Shown here: in pieces, positions 1-8,351 of the stretch
Numbering within the stretch: position 1 is the stretch's first letter
How the letters are laid out: each line of letters opens with the position of its first letter
Origin: Promethearchaeia archaeon
GTDB taxonomy: Archaea; Asgardarchaeota; Lokiarchaeia; Sigyniarchaeales; SOKP01
Direction of reading: 5' to 3'
NCBI GenBank assembly: GCA_046497275.1
Contig: JAWOFX010000007.1
Span: forward strand, 83,098 to 115,097
DNA length: 32,000 nucleotides
Notes under the pieces: generated by a model
Database searches by the model: none
Seen by the model: only the letters and a program-made list of their open reading frames with translations
What the model was told of the DNA's origin: nothing
Program-made: the position numbers and the translations under genes

Positions 1-2112
1 TTTAATTTTATCAGCCGAATATGGGTGTACGCCTAGAGCTTGAGTAGCATAACTCTTTTTAGGTTCAAGCAGAACCATATGTACATTTTGTCGGGACAAA
101 GTTTTTGTAATAGTCTTTAATTCTTCGACTATTAAGTTATAATCGCTCTCTAATTGTGCTATTAAATCTGGATGCTTCACAGAAATATTTGCTCCGCAAT
201 CAGAACAAATGAAGATCACTGGAATTATATTTCTATTTTTTAACTTTTCAATTTTTATTAATTCTTGACATTTCTTTAATCCAGCTGCCATTGGAGTATA
301 AGATTTACCCTCTAATTTTTTTAACTTTTGGATCGCATTTTGAAATGATACTGTTGGTTTTTGGAGGACAAGGGCATTTTTTCCCCTGAACACAATTAAA
401 CAAATTTTATCTTTTTTACGATAACCCTCTCTTTGCAGTGATAAAATTACATCAGTCATTTGTTTTATCACATAATACATAGAGGCAGAACTATCAAGAA
501 CAAAAAATAAACATAAGGGAGCACGATATTCATAGATCTTATCTTTTAAATCATATTTATTAAATTTTATGGGAAAATCAATCTCTGTTTTATTATAAAC
601 TGAATTTTTTAAGTAACTCCGTATAGTGGCATCTAATGCGATACTTTTGGGGTGTTGTCCAATAGGAGAGCGATATGAGACATATCTTCCTTTTTGAGAA
701 GATGCAACTTTTATTCTTCGACCAATTCCCCGCCCTCCATAATTAGAAATCTTTCGTTCATTTCGGATATTATCCAAAATAGATGTCATTTTTTTTTCCA
801 TTTTATAGATTAATGGAAATGGATCAAATCCATTACTAGTGAAATTAAAATCATTTTCTGAAGGAATTTCTTTAACTTTCCATCCTCCAGCAGGTTTTGG
901 ATTTCTTTTTCTTTCATCTTCATATTTCGGAGGTGGTAATTTTTGTTCTTTCGTCTCTGGTAGATCTACTTTATCAGGATCTATTGATTGCCGTTTAAAT
1001 TCTTCTTGTGGTTCGTCCGAATGTTTCAAGGGTCCTTCTGTTTCCCTATTAGGCTGATAAATATCAGGATCTTCATATGCCTCTCGAATCTTTCCATAGA
1101 CTTCTTTTATTTTAGTTTTGATTTCTTCAGGAGTTAATTCATAATGTAAGGATTTAATTCTATGTTCAAAAACTAAATCCATTGCAATATCAAGATCTTT
1201 TTCTATAAGATGATTCCTATTGCTAAATGCGGCATGAGCTCGAGCACAACGAATGAAGGTTATATCCGCCCTCTGTGAGAATATATCTAATTCATTAACA
1301 GTTCTCGCAACTAATTCATAAATAGTACTTGGTATCTTCACTTCTTTAATTATTTTCCTTGCTTTTAATAATTTTTCTCTTAATTCTTTTTGTTCCCCCT
1401 CATATTTTGCTATAAACTGCTTTGGATTATCATTAAATTCAATAACTCTTTTTGTAATTTCTGCACGTAAACTGGGATCACATGGCGCTTGAATTCTCAC
1501 CTCTAAACCTAATCTGTCAGCTATCTGTGGCCTTAATTCTCCTTCTTCTGGATTCATACTGCCTACTAGTACAAAACGCGAAGGATGCATTATTGAGATT
1601 CCTTCTCGTTCAATTATATTTACACCAGAAGCAGCAGCATCAAGTAAGGTATCTACGATATGATCTTGTAAAAGATTGATCTCATCGATATAAAGAATTC
1701 CTCTGTTTGCTTTTGCTAATAATCCAGGATGGAGTTCAGAAATGCCTTCCGTGAGCACCTTGTCAATTGAAAGCGAGCCAGTCACCATATCCTCTGTGAC
1801 TCCAAGCGGTAAATTGACTAAACGCATGTCACGCTTAATAACCTCAATCTGGCCATTCTTTTTCTTCTCTTGGCATTCAACACAAAGTTCATCCATCTCA
1901 GAATTTGGATCACATAAAAATGGACATCCTTTTACCACTTCGATTTGAGGCATCACTTCTACCAAAGACCTAACTGCTGTGGATTTACCCGTACCTTGAT
2001 GGCCAGAGAGAAGGACTCCACCTACTTGAGGGTCAATAACATTCAGAATTAATGCCATCTTCATTCTTTCTTGACCAAGTATTGCTGTGAAGGGAAAATT
2101 CAATTTCTTCAA
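1..2112 (-). CDS. Magnesium/cobalt chelatase ChlI/ChlD-family AAA+ ATPase with C-terminal VWA domain (runs off the left edge; stop not in window)
   Basis: Not in the ORF track; translated by hand at both ends and in part of the interior. TTG start at 2112, preceded by AGGTGA, gives LKKLNFPFTAILGQERMKMALILNVIDPQVGGVLLSGHQGTGKSTAVRSL (typical ChlI/BchI N-terminus with Walker A). There is a Pro-rich linker near 900-1050 and a VWA MIDAS motif LFFVLDSSASM near 480-510. The same frame is still open at position 1 (...ALGVHPYSADKIK). Confidence 0.88.
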   Translation of the reverse strand, partial: MKKLNFPFTAILGQERMKMALILNVIDPQVGGVLLSGHQGTGKSTAVRSLVEVMPQIEVVKGCPFLCDPNSEMDELCVECQEKKKNGQIEVIKRDMRLVNLPLGVTEDMVTGSLSIDKVLTEGISELHPGLLAKANRGILYIDEINLLQDHIVDTLLDAAASGVNIIEREGISIMHPSRFVLVGSMNPEEGELRPQIADRLGLEVRIQAPCDPSLRAEITKRVIEFNDNPKQFIAKYEGEQKELREKLLKARKIIKEVKIPSTIYELVARTVNELDIFSQRADITFIRCARAHAAFSNRNHLIEKDLDIAMDLVFEHRIKSLHYELTPEEIKTKIKEVYGKIREAYEDPDIYQPNRETEGPLKHSDEPQEEFKRQSIDPDKVDLPETKEQKLPPPKYEDERKRNPKPAGGWKVKEIPSENDFNFTSNGFDPFPLIYKMEKKMTSILDNIRNERKISNYGGRGIGRRIKVASSQKGRYVSYRSPIGQHPKSIALDATIRSYLKNSVYNKTEIDFPIKFNKYDLKDKIYEYRAPLCLFFVLDSSASMYYVIKQMTDVILSLQREGYRKKDKICLIVFRGKNALVLQKPTVSFQNAIQKLKKLEGKSYTPMAAGLKKCQELIKIEKLKNRNIIPVIFICSDCGANISVKHPDLIAQLESDYNLIVEELKTITKTLSRQNVHMVLLEPKKSYATQALGVHPYSADKIK

Positions 2113-2298
2113 TTTTTTCACCTATAGTTTCAAAATCTTAGATATTGAAACGAAAAATGAAATAAAAAGTTAATAATTCGAAACAAATTGGTATTAATAT
2201 CAAATAGTAAATATGAGTCATTAATAGAAAACCATAGTCAAAATCAAAACATCGTATTAGTTTAAAATTAAAAGATCAAAAACAATAAGAAAGAAAAA

Positions 2299-2496
2299 CT
2301 ATTTTTCATTTTTTTGTTTCATTTCTTCTAAAACTGAATCGATATCAAATTCTTTTAACCAAATTTCCCGCTCTTCTGTATAATCACCATTACCAGATTC
2401 GAACTGATGCAAAAAACGAACCATTCCAACGGGACCTAATGCTTCAGTTAAAGCTTCAATTCCCTTTTTTCTTATTTCGCTCATATTCATTTCCAT
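2299..2496 (-). CDS. Small putative antitoxin partner of the PIN toxin (65 aa)
   Basis: The sequence EIRKKGIEALTEALGPVGMVRFLHQF...GDYTEER resembles small proteins I recall being encoded next to this PIN subfamily. Its ATG lies 2 nt after the reconstructed toxin stop (TAG-TA-ATG). Confidence 0.7.
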   Translation of the reverse strand: MEMNMSEIRKKGIEALTEALGPVGMVRFLHQFESGNGDYTEEREIWLKEFDIDSVLEEMKQKNEK

Positions 2497-2498
2497 TA

Positions 2499-2937
2499 CT
2501 ATAAGACCTCTGTAAGAAATAATATTGGATTAAATATTTTAATTTTACTAAAAAATCTTTGTATGTTTGGTAATCTTTAATAATGTCAATATCTGTTGTA
2601 ATATAATCACATTTTATAAATTCCGCTGAGGCAATATGAAGGGCATCTATTGAATTTATACCTTTTTTCTCGATGATCTTTGCTCTTTTGATCAGTTTAT
2701 CAATGATTTTTTGTTTTTGATTTATTTTTTGACTTAGTAATTTCACTTTTTTTTTCGTTCTAGATCCGGAATTTTTGATATTTCAAAATCAATTATATCA
2801 CTCCCCACTAGTTCCCAATTTTTTAATGATATATTAGAAAGAATTATTAAAACAGCTTCAGTTTCAAGATGAATTTTTTCTTGAGTTTGATCATCAAAAG
2901 GACGATTATAGCAACAAACATCAAGATATATTCTCAT
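2499..2937 (-). pseudogene. PIN-domain (VapC-like) toxin interrupted by two -1 frameshifts
   Basis: ATG at 2937 gives MRIYLDVCCYNRPFDDQTQEKI...ERKKK*. After the A9 tract (T9 at 2747-2755) the -1 frame continues VKLLSQ...IDALHIASAE...ITTD. After the T6 tract (A6 at 2550-2555) a second -1 frame gives SKIKIFNPILFLTEVL* (stop 2499-2501). The reconstructed protein is about 146 aa with PIN acidic motifs (YLD, DALH, TTD). Confidence 0.8.
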
Positions 2938-3093
2938 AATAAGGATATTATAGATATTTTTTATTAAATAAGTTAGTAAACTTACATATAAATAATTGAT
3001 TTTAATTAGCATACATATCAAATAGAGAATAAGAATCTTTATTAGAGAAAACATAGTCAAAATCATAAATATAAATTAATGAAGTGATGAAGT

Positions 3094-3264
3094 GTGAGTG
3101 ATGAGTTTATATTATGCCAAAATTGTGGCGAAAATGGACCGGATGATGAAATTTTTTCATGTAAAAATTGTGGCAATATGATTTGTGATCTGTGTACCCG
3201 TATCTGTAAAAAGTGTGGGGAGTATTTTTGTGATGCTTGCTATATTGATCATAAATGTGTTTAA
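3094..3264 (+). CDS. Small multi-CxxC zinc-finger protein (56 aa), missed by the ORF track
   Basis: GTG start after GAAGTGA; translates to MSDEFILCQNCGENGPDDEIFSCKNCGNMICDLCTRICKKCGEYFCDACYIDHKCV*. Five CxxC pairs plus a terminal HxC are very unlikely by chance. Confidence 0.85.
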   Translation: MSDEFILCQNCGENGPDDEIFSCKNCGNMICDLCTRICKKCGEYFCDACYIDHKCV

Positions 3265-3425
3265 TGAGTTTTATTTAAACAAAAAATAAATGGTCCTTCC
3301 TAGATCATTAAAATTACCTTATTAGAGAAAATTCTAATAATTTTTTATTTATCCTTTCACTTCTTGGATTTAAGAGAAAAAAACAAATTTTAGTTGTCTA
3401 TTCTATTAATAACAGATTCTAAAGT

Positions 3426-4589
3426 ATGAACAGATATAAATTAATCAATATAGCAAAAACGTATCTTAAATCCGTGTTTTATTCTCTTTTACCTAATAGA
3501 AATGTACCTCTATGGGCGCATTTATGGGTTACTCATCGATGTAATCTAAGATGTGAATATTGTTATGTCTCCCGTGAAAAGTATCCTGAGATGAATTCAA
3601 TGGAGCTTAAAAAAGCAATTAAGCATATTAAAGAAAAATTGCATTGCTCTTTTATCGCTTTAATGGGAGGTGAACCAACATTAAGGCAAGATTTACCTGA
3701 AATCATAAAATATATGACAGAATTAAACATTACTTCTTTTTTAACCACAAATGGGATATTACTAACTGAGGAAAAGATTTTTCGGTTATGCGAGGCAGAT
3801 ATTGATTTTTTAGAATTATCTCTCGATGGGATGAAAGAATCCCCAATTAGTCAAAAGACGGGTGATAAATTGATTGAAATCCTTGATGTATTAATTGATT
3901 ATACTAAAACTTATGATGTAGGACTTTCAATTAATATGGTTATTACAAAACAAAATTATAAAGAATTGTATGACTTGATTCGCTTAATATCAGGGGAACC
4001 CATTTCAATAACAACAGGTCTCTATATCCCTGATATCCTATCAAAAGACAATATTTATAGTGATCCATTCGCATTTAGCACCCATGAGGATTTAAAAAAC
4101 CTTGAAAGGTTTACTAACAACATTATCAAACTGAAGGAAAAAGGTGCTTTTTTAGCTATGGACAAAACATATTACCAGAAATGGGTTCCATTTATGAAAG
4201 AAATGTTAAAAAAGCCTAATCAAATACCAAAGCAATTATGGAATTGCAAAGCGGGAAAGAATTTTATAGAAATTGACTGTGATGGAAGGATTAGATATTG
4301 TTCTTATCTTAATGATTTAATTGATGAGAACTTTACAATATTTGATTTAGATTTGTCTTATTATAAGAAATTTGAATCGAAATTCCAAAAAATGTTGAAC
4401 TATTGCAATAGAAGATGTTTATCAAACTGTTTTTATCAAGTGAGTTTAATCAAAAATCATCCAGCTAGATTCGCCAATGATTTCGCATTTAAACATGCTA
4501 TGCCATTTATAGATGAACTGTTTGATAGAAAGAGAACCATTGAAAAAAACCTATTAAAAAAGAAATGGCGTCAAGAATTCCAATTATAG
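3426..4589 (+). CDS. Radical SAM protein with C-terminal SPASM/Twitch-like Cys motifs, substrate unknown
   Basis: CxxxCxxC (CNLRCEYC), GGEP and TTNG motifs; C-terminal CKAG...IDCDGRIRYC and CNRRCLSNC. Confidence 0.9.
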   Translation: MNRYKLINIAKTYLKSVFYSLLPNRNVPLWAHLWVTHRCNLRCEYCYVSREKYPEMNSMELKKAIKHIKEKLHCSFIALMGGEPTLRQDLPEIIKYMTELNITSFLTTNGILLTEEKIFRLCEADIDFLELSLDGMKESPISQKTGDKLIEILDVLIDYTKTYDVGLSINMVITKQNYKELYDLIRLISGEPISITTGLYIPDILSKDNIYSDPFAFSTHEDLKNLERFTNNIIKLKEKGAFLAMDKTYYQKWVPFMKEMLKKPNQIPKQLWNCKAGKNFIEIDCDGRIRYCSYLNDLIDENFTIFDLDLSYYKKFESKFQKMLNYCNRRCLSNCFYQVSLIKNHPARFANDFAFKHAMPFIDELFDRKRTIEKNLLKKKWRQEFQL

Positions 4590-4655
4590 CAATTCGAAAT
4601 CTAATGGAAAAAGGTATTTTCTTATTATAAGTTCAATACTTGAATTTCTTAAACT

Positions 4656-5606
4656 TTAGAATTTATTTGCTAATTCAGTGAATTTATTATCCAATTGGGC
4701 AACTTTTTCATCCCATTTAGAGAGAATTTCCTTAACTTTAGGAATGACTTTTCCTCGTTCCTTAAATTCTAGGTAATCCATAAATTCTTTAATATTTTCA
4801 ATATTAATATAGGTTTGAGCTACAAATCTTCTAATATCCTTCACTTGCTCTTCCAAAACTTCTTGAGTTCTGTGGCCTTCACCTTTTCTGATCAGAGTTT
4901 TCAAATATTCTTCGGTTCCCAATAATTTTGAGTTTAATTCATTTATCTTATCATTGACAAATTTTTCATATCGAATGTAAATATTTTTTCTTGGGAAGAA
5001 ATTTGTGATATCAATAATGAATTTTTGAATTTGCTTGACTAGTTGTTCTTCACTTTCATATCCTTCTATTTTATAATCAACTTCATGATATGAGGCTTCA
5101 ATACCTCGATTGACGTTGTCAAGACGGAAAATTTTAAACCCAGGATCGTTTTTCAATTGTTTAACTGGATTCCCTTTTTTTTCGGGAAGCTCTACCTGTC
5201 GGATAAGTCGAACTGGATTGAATACTAAAGAAATTGCTTTTGGATTATTTTGTTGATAAGAAAGTGTAGTTTTAACATCAAGTTGAGACATCATTACTTT
5301 AAATCCTGGATGACTATGCCACCATCCAATGGTAAAATTTCCTTCAGAGAAAGCTTTATCATCAATTAAACTAAATGATTCATAATCTTCTGTACTCCAA
5401 TATACTTTATCAATTATATCTTCTGGATTCTTTTCTTGATGGGTTATTGGATAAGCTTTGGAAACAATTACATCATCACCATCCACACTACCAATAAAAA
5501 TACCATATACTTCTAGCCAATCATCTTCCGGAACGCGAGTGTTTGCAAATCTAACAGCTGCGGCTACTATAGTTTGATATTCTTTTTTCGGTATAATTAC
5601 AGTCAT
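4656..5606 (-). CDS. JAB/MPN (JAMM, Rpn11/Mov34-like) metalloprotease with helical C-terminal region; catalytic motif intact
   Basis: Upstream Glu in EVYGIFIG; GWWHSHPGFKVMMSQLD matches H-x-H-x7-S-x2-D; followed by ~120 aa of charged helical sequence. Confidence 0.9.
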   Translation of the reverse strand: MTVIIPKKEYQTIVAAAVRFANTRVPEDDWLEVYGIFIGSVDGDDVIVSKAYPITHQEKNPEDIIDKVYWSTEDYESFSLIDDKAFSEGNFTIGWWHSHPGFKVMMSQLDVKTTLSYQQNNPKAISLVFNPVRLIRQVELPEKKGNPVKQLKNDPGFKIFRLDNVNRGIEASYHEVDYKIEGYESEEQLVKQIQKFIIDITNFFPRKNIYIRYEKFVNDKINELNSKLLGTEEYLKTLIRKGEGHRTQEVLEEQVKDIRRFVAQTYINIENIKEFMDYLEFKERGKVIPKVKEILSKWDEKVAQLDNKFTELANKF

Positions 5607-5814
5607 TTTTTAAATATTAAAGTATCTTTTCTTGACTTGGTTTATTGATACATAAAACTTCTTTTATTTAAAAATATGGAATTTCAAAATTAATTTTCAT
5701 TTTATGCGTATTTTAAGATAATTTAATATCTTTAGAATAATCGAATTTTTCTAACTGGTTCTATTTAGTTGAAAATGTAAGAAAATAAAAAAAACATTAA
5801 ATTTTATTTTTATT

Positions 5815-6498
5815 TTAGTAATCCTTTAGATTCAGTAGAAATGCTATAAGTAATATTATGCCTCCATAACCAAGAACGGGATAACCTGTGGCGTTTGGTG
5901 ATATCCACGTAAATACTACGAATCCAATAATAAGCAGAACCCACCAAGAAAAGTCTAAGATTTTCAGATCAACAAAGTCAAAAATTAGGATTATCAATAA
6001 AATTATTAATATTAAACCGAAAACAGCATTAACGATAAGAATTGGACTCGCAGACAAAAATAAGACAAAGCATTCATAAACTGTGAACCCCGCACCTACA
6101 AGCGCTACCATTTTAGAAGCTTTATAAGGTTTCTTTTGCATTACAAAATCGATTATTGCCGCCATTAATAATAAGATGCCAGGTAGATATTCGTATGCAA
6201 ATCCGGTTCCAGGATCAAAGAAATAGGCCATCAATATTAAAATAGCACCGAAAATAAGCATTATCCACCATTCAAAAGGTATTTTGACAGGTCCAAAATC
6301 TACTAATTCAAATGTTAGAAAAATTGCAAAAGCAATAGCTAATAAAATGATTCCCCAGAGAAATTGAAAGATTGGAAAGATAGGGGGATAAAAATAATCA
6401 ATAGCTAATGCACCAATGTATAGCATAGCGATAAATGCGAGTAATTTTGGAGCAGGTGATTCTCTTTTAACAGTTGTACTTGTACTTGTTTCAGTCAT
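5815..6498 (-). CDS. Uncharacterised integral membrane protein (~8 TM, two internal repeats)
   Basis: 227-aa hydrophobic ORF; both halves carry F[ED][LF]VD...F[ES]WW followed by similar helices. Confidence 0.8.
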   Translation of the reverse strand: MTETSTSTTVKRESPAPKLLAFIAMLYIGALAIDYFYPPIFPIFQFLWGIILLAIAFAIFLTFELVDFGPVKIPFEWWIMLIFGAILILMAYFFDPGTGFAYEYLPGILLLMAAIIDFVMQKKPYKASKMVALVGAGFTVYECFVLFLSASPILIVNAVFGLILIILLIILIFDFVDLKILDFSWWVLLIIGFVVFTWISPNATGYPVLGYGGIILLIAFLLNLKDY

Positions 6499-6857
6499 TT
6501 TTTTTTCACTTTTTTATTTTTTAATTGGAAATTTCTAAATTATAATTAAAGCTAAACTATGCTTATCGGTTTAAAAAATTTTACCCTCTTTTTATTATAT
6601 TATTAATAGTATTCAATGTTAAAATCTTATATATACTGATGCTTAGTAAAAAACTAAGAGGATCTCCAATTTCGGAAATCTTCCGTTTTGCTAATTGATA
6701 CTTTTTCATATTTTTCATTTGAAAATAAAAAACCCTAGTTATTTTCCAAAATAAAAATATAATATATTTAAAATCTTAAATTACTATAATAAAGATAATT
6801 CAATATAATATACAATAAATAATTTTTTAAGTTTATAGAGAAAGGTTATCAGAAAAA

Positions 6858-7481
6858 ATGACAGAAAAAGGATTTGAACCATTATCCTCGCAACTGGGTA
6901 TACCAGGCACCTCTTATCGGCTCCAATTAGGATTAATCAATGAAAAATGGGCATCGAGAATATTAAAAGGGAACAATATCATCGATTCATATGTCTATAA
7001 GGATGAAGATGTAGAAGGAGGATATCCTAACCAAAATCTTATTGTTGGATGGGTACTTAGGACAGTAGCTATTCCAAATATTAACCCTCATCAAGTAATG
7101 AAAACAACACAAGCATTAATGAAACAAGCAAGAGAAAATAAGGATAAACAGAAAGTGGTTGCACCTTTATCAGAAACAAAAGATGTTGAATTAGAAAAAG
7201 TACCTGAAGGTGAAATTAAACGTCCTAAAGCAAGTGGATGGGTTAAAGAAGAGGCACCACATGACACTAGTGAAGAACAAAAACGAAAGGCGTTTCAGGA
7301 GAGTGTGAAAGCTAAAAAGGAAGGTGAGACGATTCAATCCCAAAAAGGAAGACAATTACACTCCATACCTAGTGCAGATCAAGAAGAAAAAGCCGGAAAA
7401 GTTTTTTGCCCATTTTGTGGGGGTACTTTACCAGTTTTTGTGTATTGTCCCTACTGCGGTAAAAAGTTACCTCATGACTGA
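6858..7481 (+). CDS. Hypothetical protein: N-terminal globular domain, charged linker, C-terminal double zinc ribbon
   Basis: C-terminal CPFCG...YCPYCGKKL; low-complexity E/K/Q-rich middle; coding-like composition. Confidence 0.8.
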   Translation: MTEKGFEPLSSQLGIPGTSYRLQLGLINEKWASRILKGNNIIDSYVYKDEDVEGGYPNQNLIVGWVLRTVAIPNINPHQVMKTTQALMKQARENKDKQKVVAPLSETKDVELEKVPEGEIKRPKASGWVKEEAPHDTSEEQKRKAFQESVKAKKEGETIQSQKGRQLHSIPSADQEEKAGKVFCPFCGGTLPVFVYCPYCGKKLPHD

Positions 7482-7605
7482 ATTTTAGTTTTCTCTTAAT
7501 TATTTATTTAATTTACTTTTTTCAATATTTTTAGGAACAAATAATATTCCTAGAGAAAAATAAAAAAATTTCTAACGAAAATTAGATTATAGTTAATTAT
7601 CAGTC

Positions 7606-8217
7606 ATGATTAAAAATATAATATTCGATCTTGGAAATGTTTTGATTAATTTCAAACCAGATAAGTTTTTATTAAATTTTACAAAAGATCGGAAAAAAAT
7701 AAAAAATTTCGTTAATGACGTCCCTAAAAGTAAAATTTGGTTTGATCTTGATAGAGGAAAATTTTCAATCAACCAAGCGTATGAAATATTTTTAAAGAAA
7801 TATCCCGAATATAAAGAATTACTTAAGAAATTTTTTGAAGATGATCGATGGATGGATATGCTTACTCCCATCACCCAAAATGTCGAAATTGTTAAATTGC
7901 TGAAAAAAGAGGGGTATAATTTATATATCTTATCAAGTTTTATTAAAGAAGCGTTTGAGTATATTGAATCTCGATATACATTTTTATCCCTCTTTGATGG
8001 AAGAGTTATATCGTATCAAGAAGGAATGATTAAACCAGAAAAAGAGATTTATCAAATATTATTGAAGCGCTATAATCTCAGACCCGAAGAATGTCTATTT
8101 ATAGATGACCATAAAATAATTTTAGAACCAGCAAAAAAACTCGGTATGAAAGTAATACATTATCAAAATTCTAAAGATTTAAGAGAAGAATTAATCAAAT
8201 TCTCTATAAAAATTTAA
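7606..8217 (+). CDS. HAD-superfamily hydrolase/phosphatase (YihX-like)
   Basis: Motif I IFDLGNVL, motif II ILSS, motif III KPEKEIY, motif IV FIDD. Confidence 0.9.
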   Translation: MIKNIIFDLGNVLINFKPDKFLLNFTKDRKKIKNFVNDVPKSKIWFDLDRGKFSINQAYEIFLKKYPEYKELLKKFFEDDRWMDMLTPITQNVEIVKLLKKEGYNLYILSSFIKEAFEYIESRYTFLSLFDGRVISYQEGMIKPEKEIYQILLKRYNLRPEECLFIDDHKIILEPAKKLGMKVIHYQNSKDLREELIKFSIKI

Positions 8218-8351
8218 GGTTAGGTAAAAAATTCTAATTGTATTGTGTATTAATTTGAATAATTTAGAAAACATTTTTAAAACTATAATTTGTTTTAATG
8301 AATATATAGAAATAAAAATCTACAATTATACATAATTAGTTGTGATAAAGT

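Noticed and set aside
839-1948. Three + strand ORFs (839-1057, 1482-1679, 1742-1948)
   Set aside because: Antisense shadows of the long minus-strand AAA+/VWA gene; no motifs.
2456-2549. C-terminal part of ORF 2456-2746 overlapping the antitoxin
   Set aside because: Out-of-frame run-through after the second frameshift; the true PIN C-terminus is in the -1 frame and ends at 2499.
2938-3066. N-terminal 43 codons of the 2743-3066 ORF
   Set aside because: Low-complexity I/L/Y-rich translation of AT-rich intergenic DNA; PIN homology begins at ATG 2937.
3094-4589. Cys-rich peptide plus radical SAM read as a ranthipeptide/sactipeptide (RiPP) cluster
   Set aside because: The Cys residues are in regular CxxC zinc-knuckle pairs with no leader/core division, and no RRE domain, peptidase or exporter is evident.
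5714-5731. Short inverted repeat AAGATA-N6-TATCTT upstream of the third JAMM gene
   Set aside because: A 6-bp arm in very AT-rich DNA is expected by chance, and no second copy was found.
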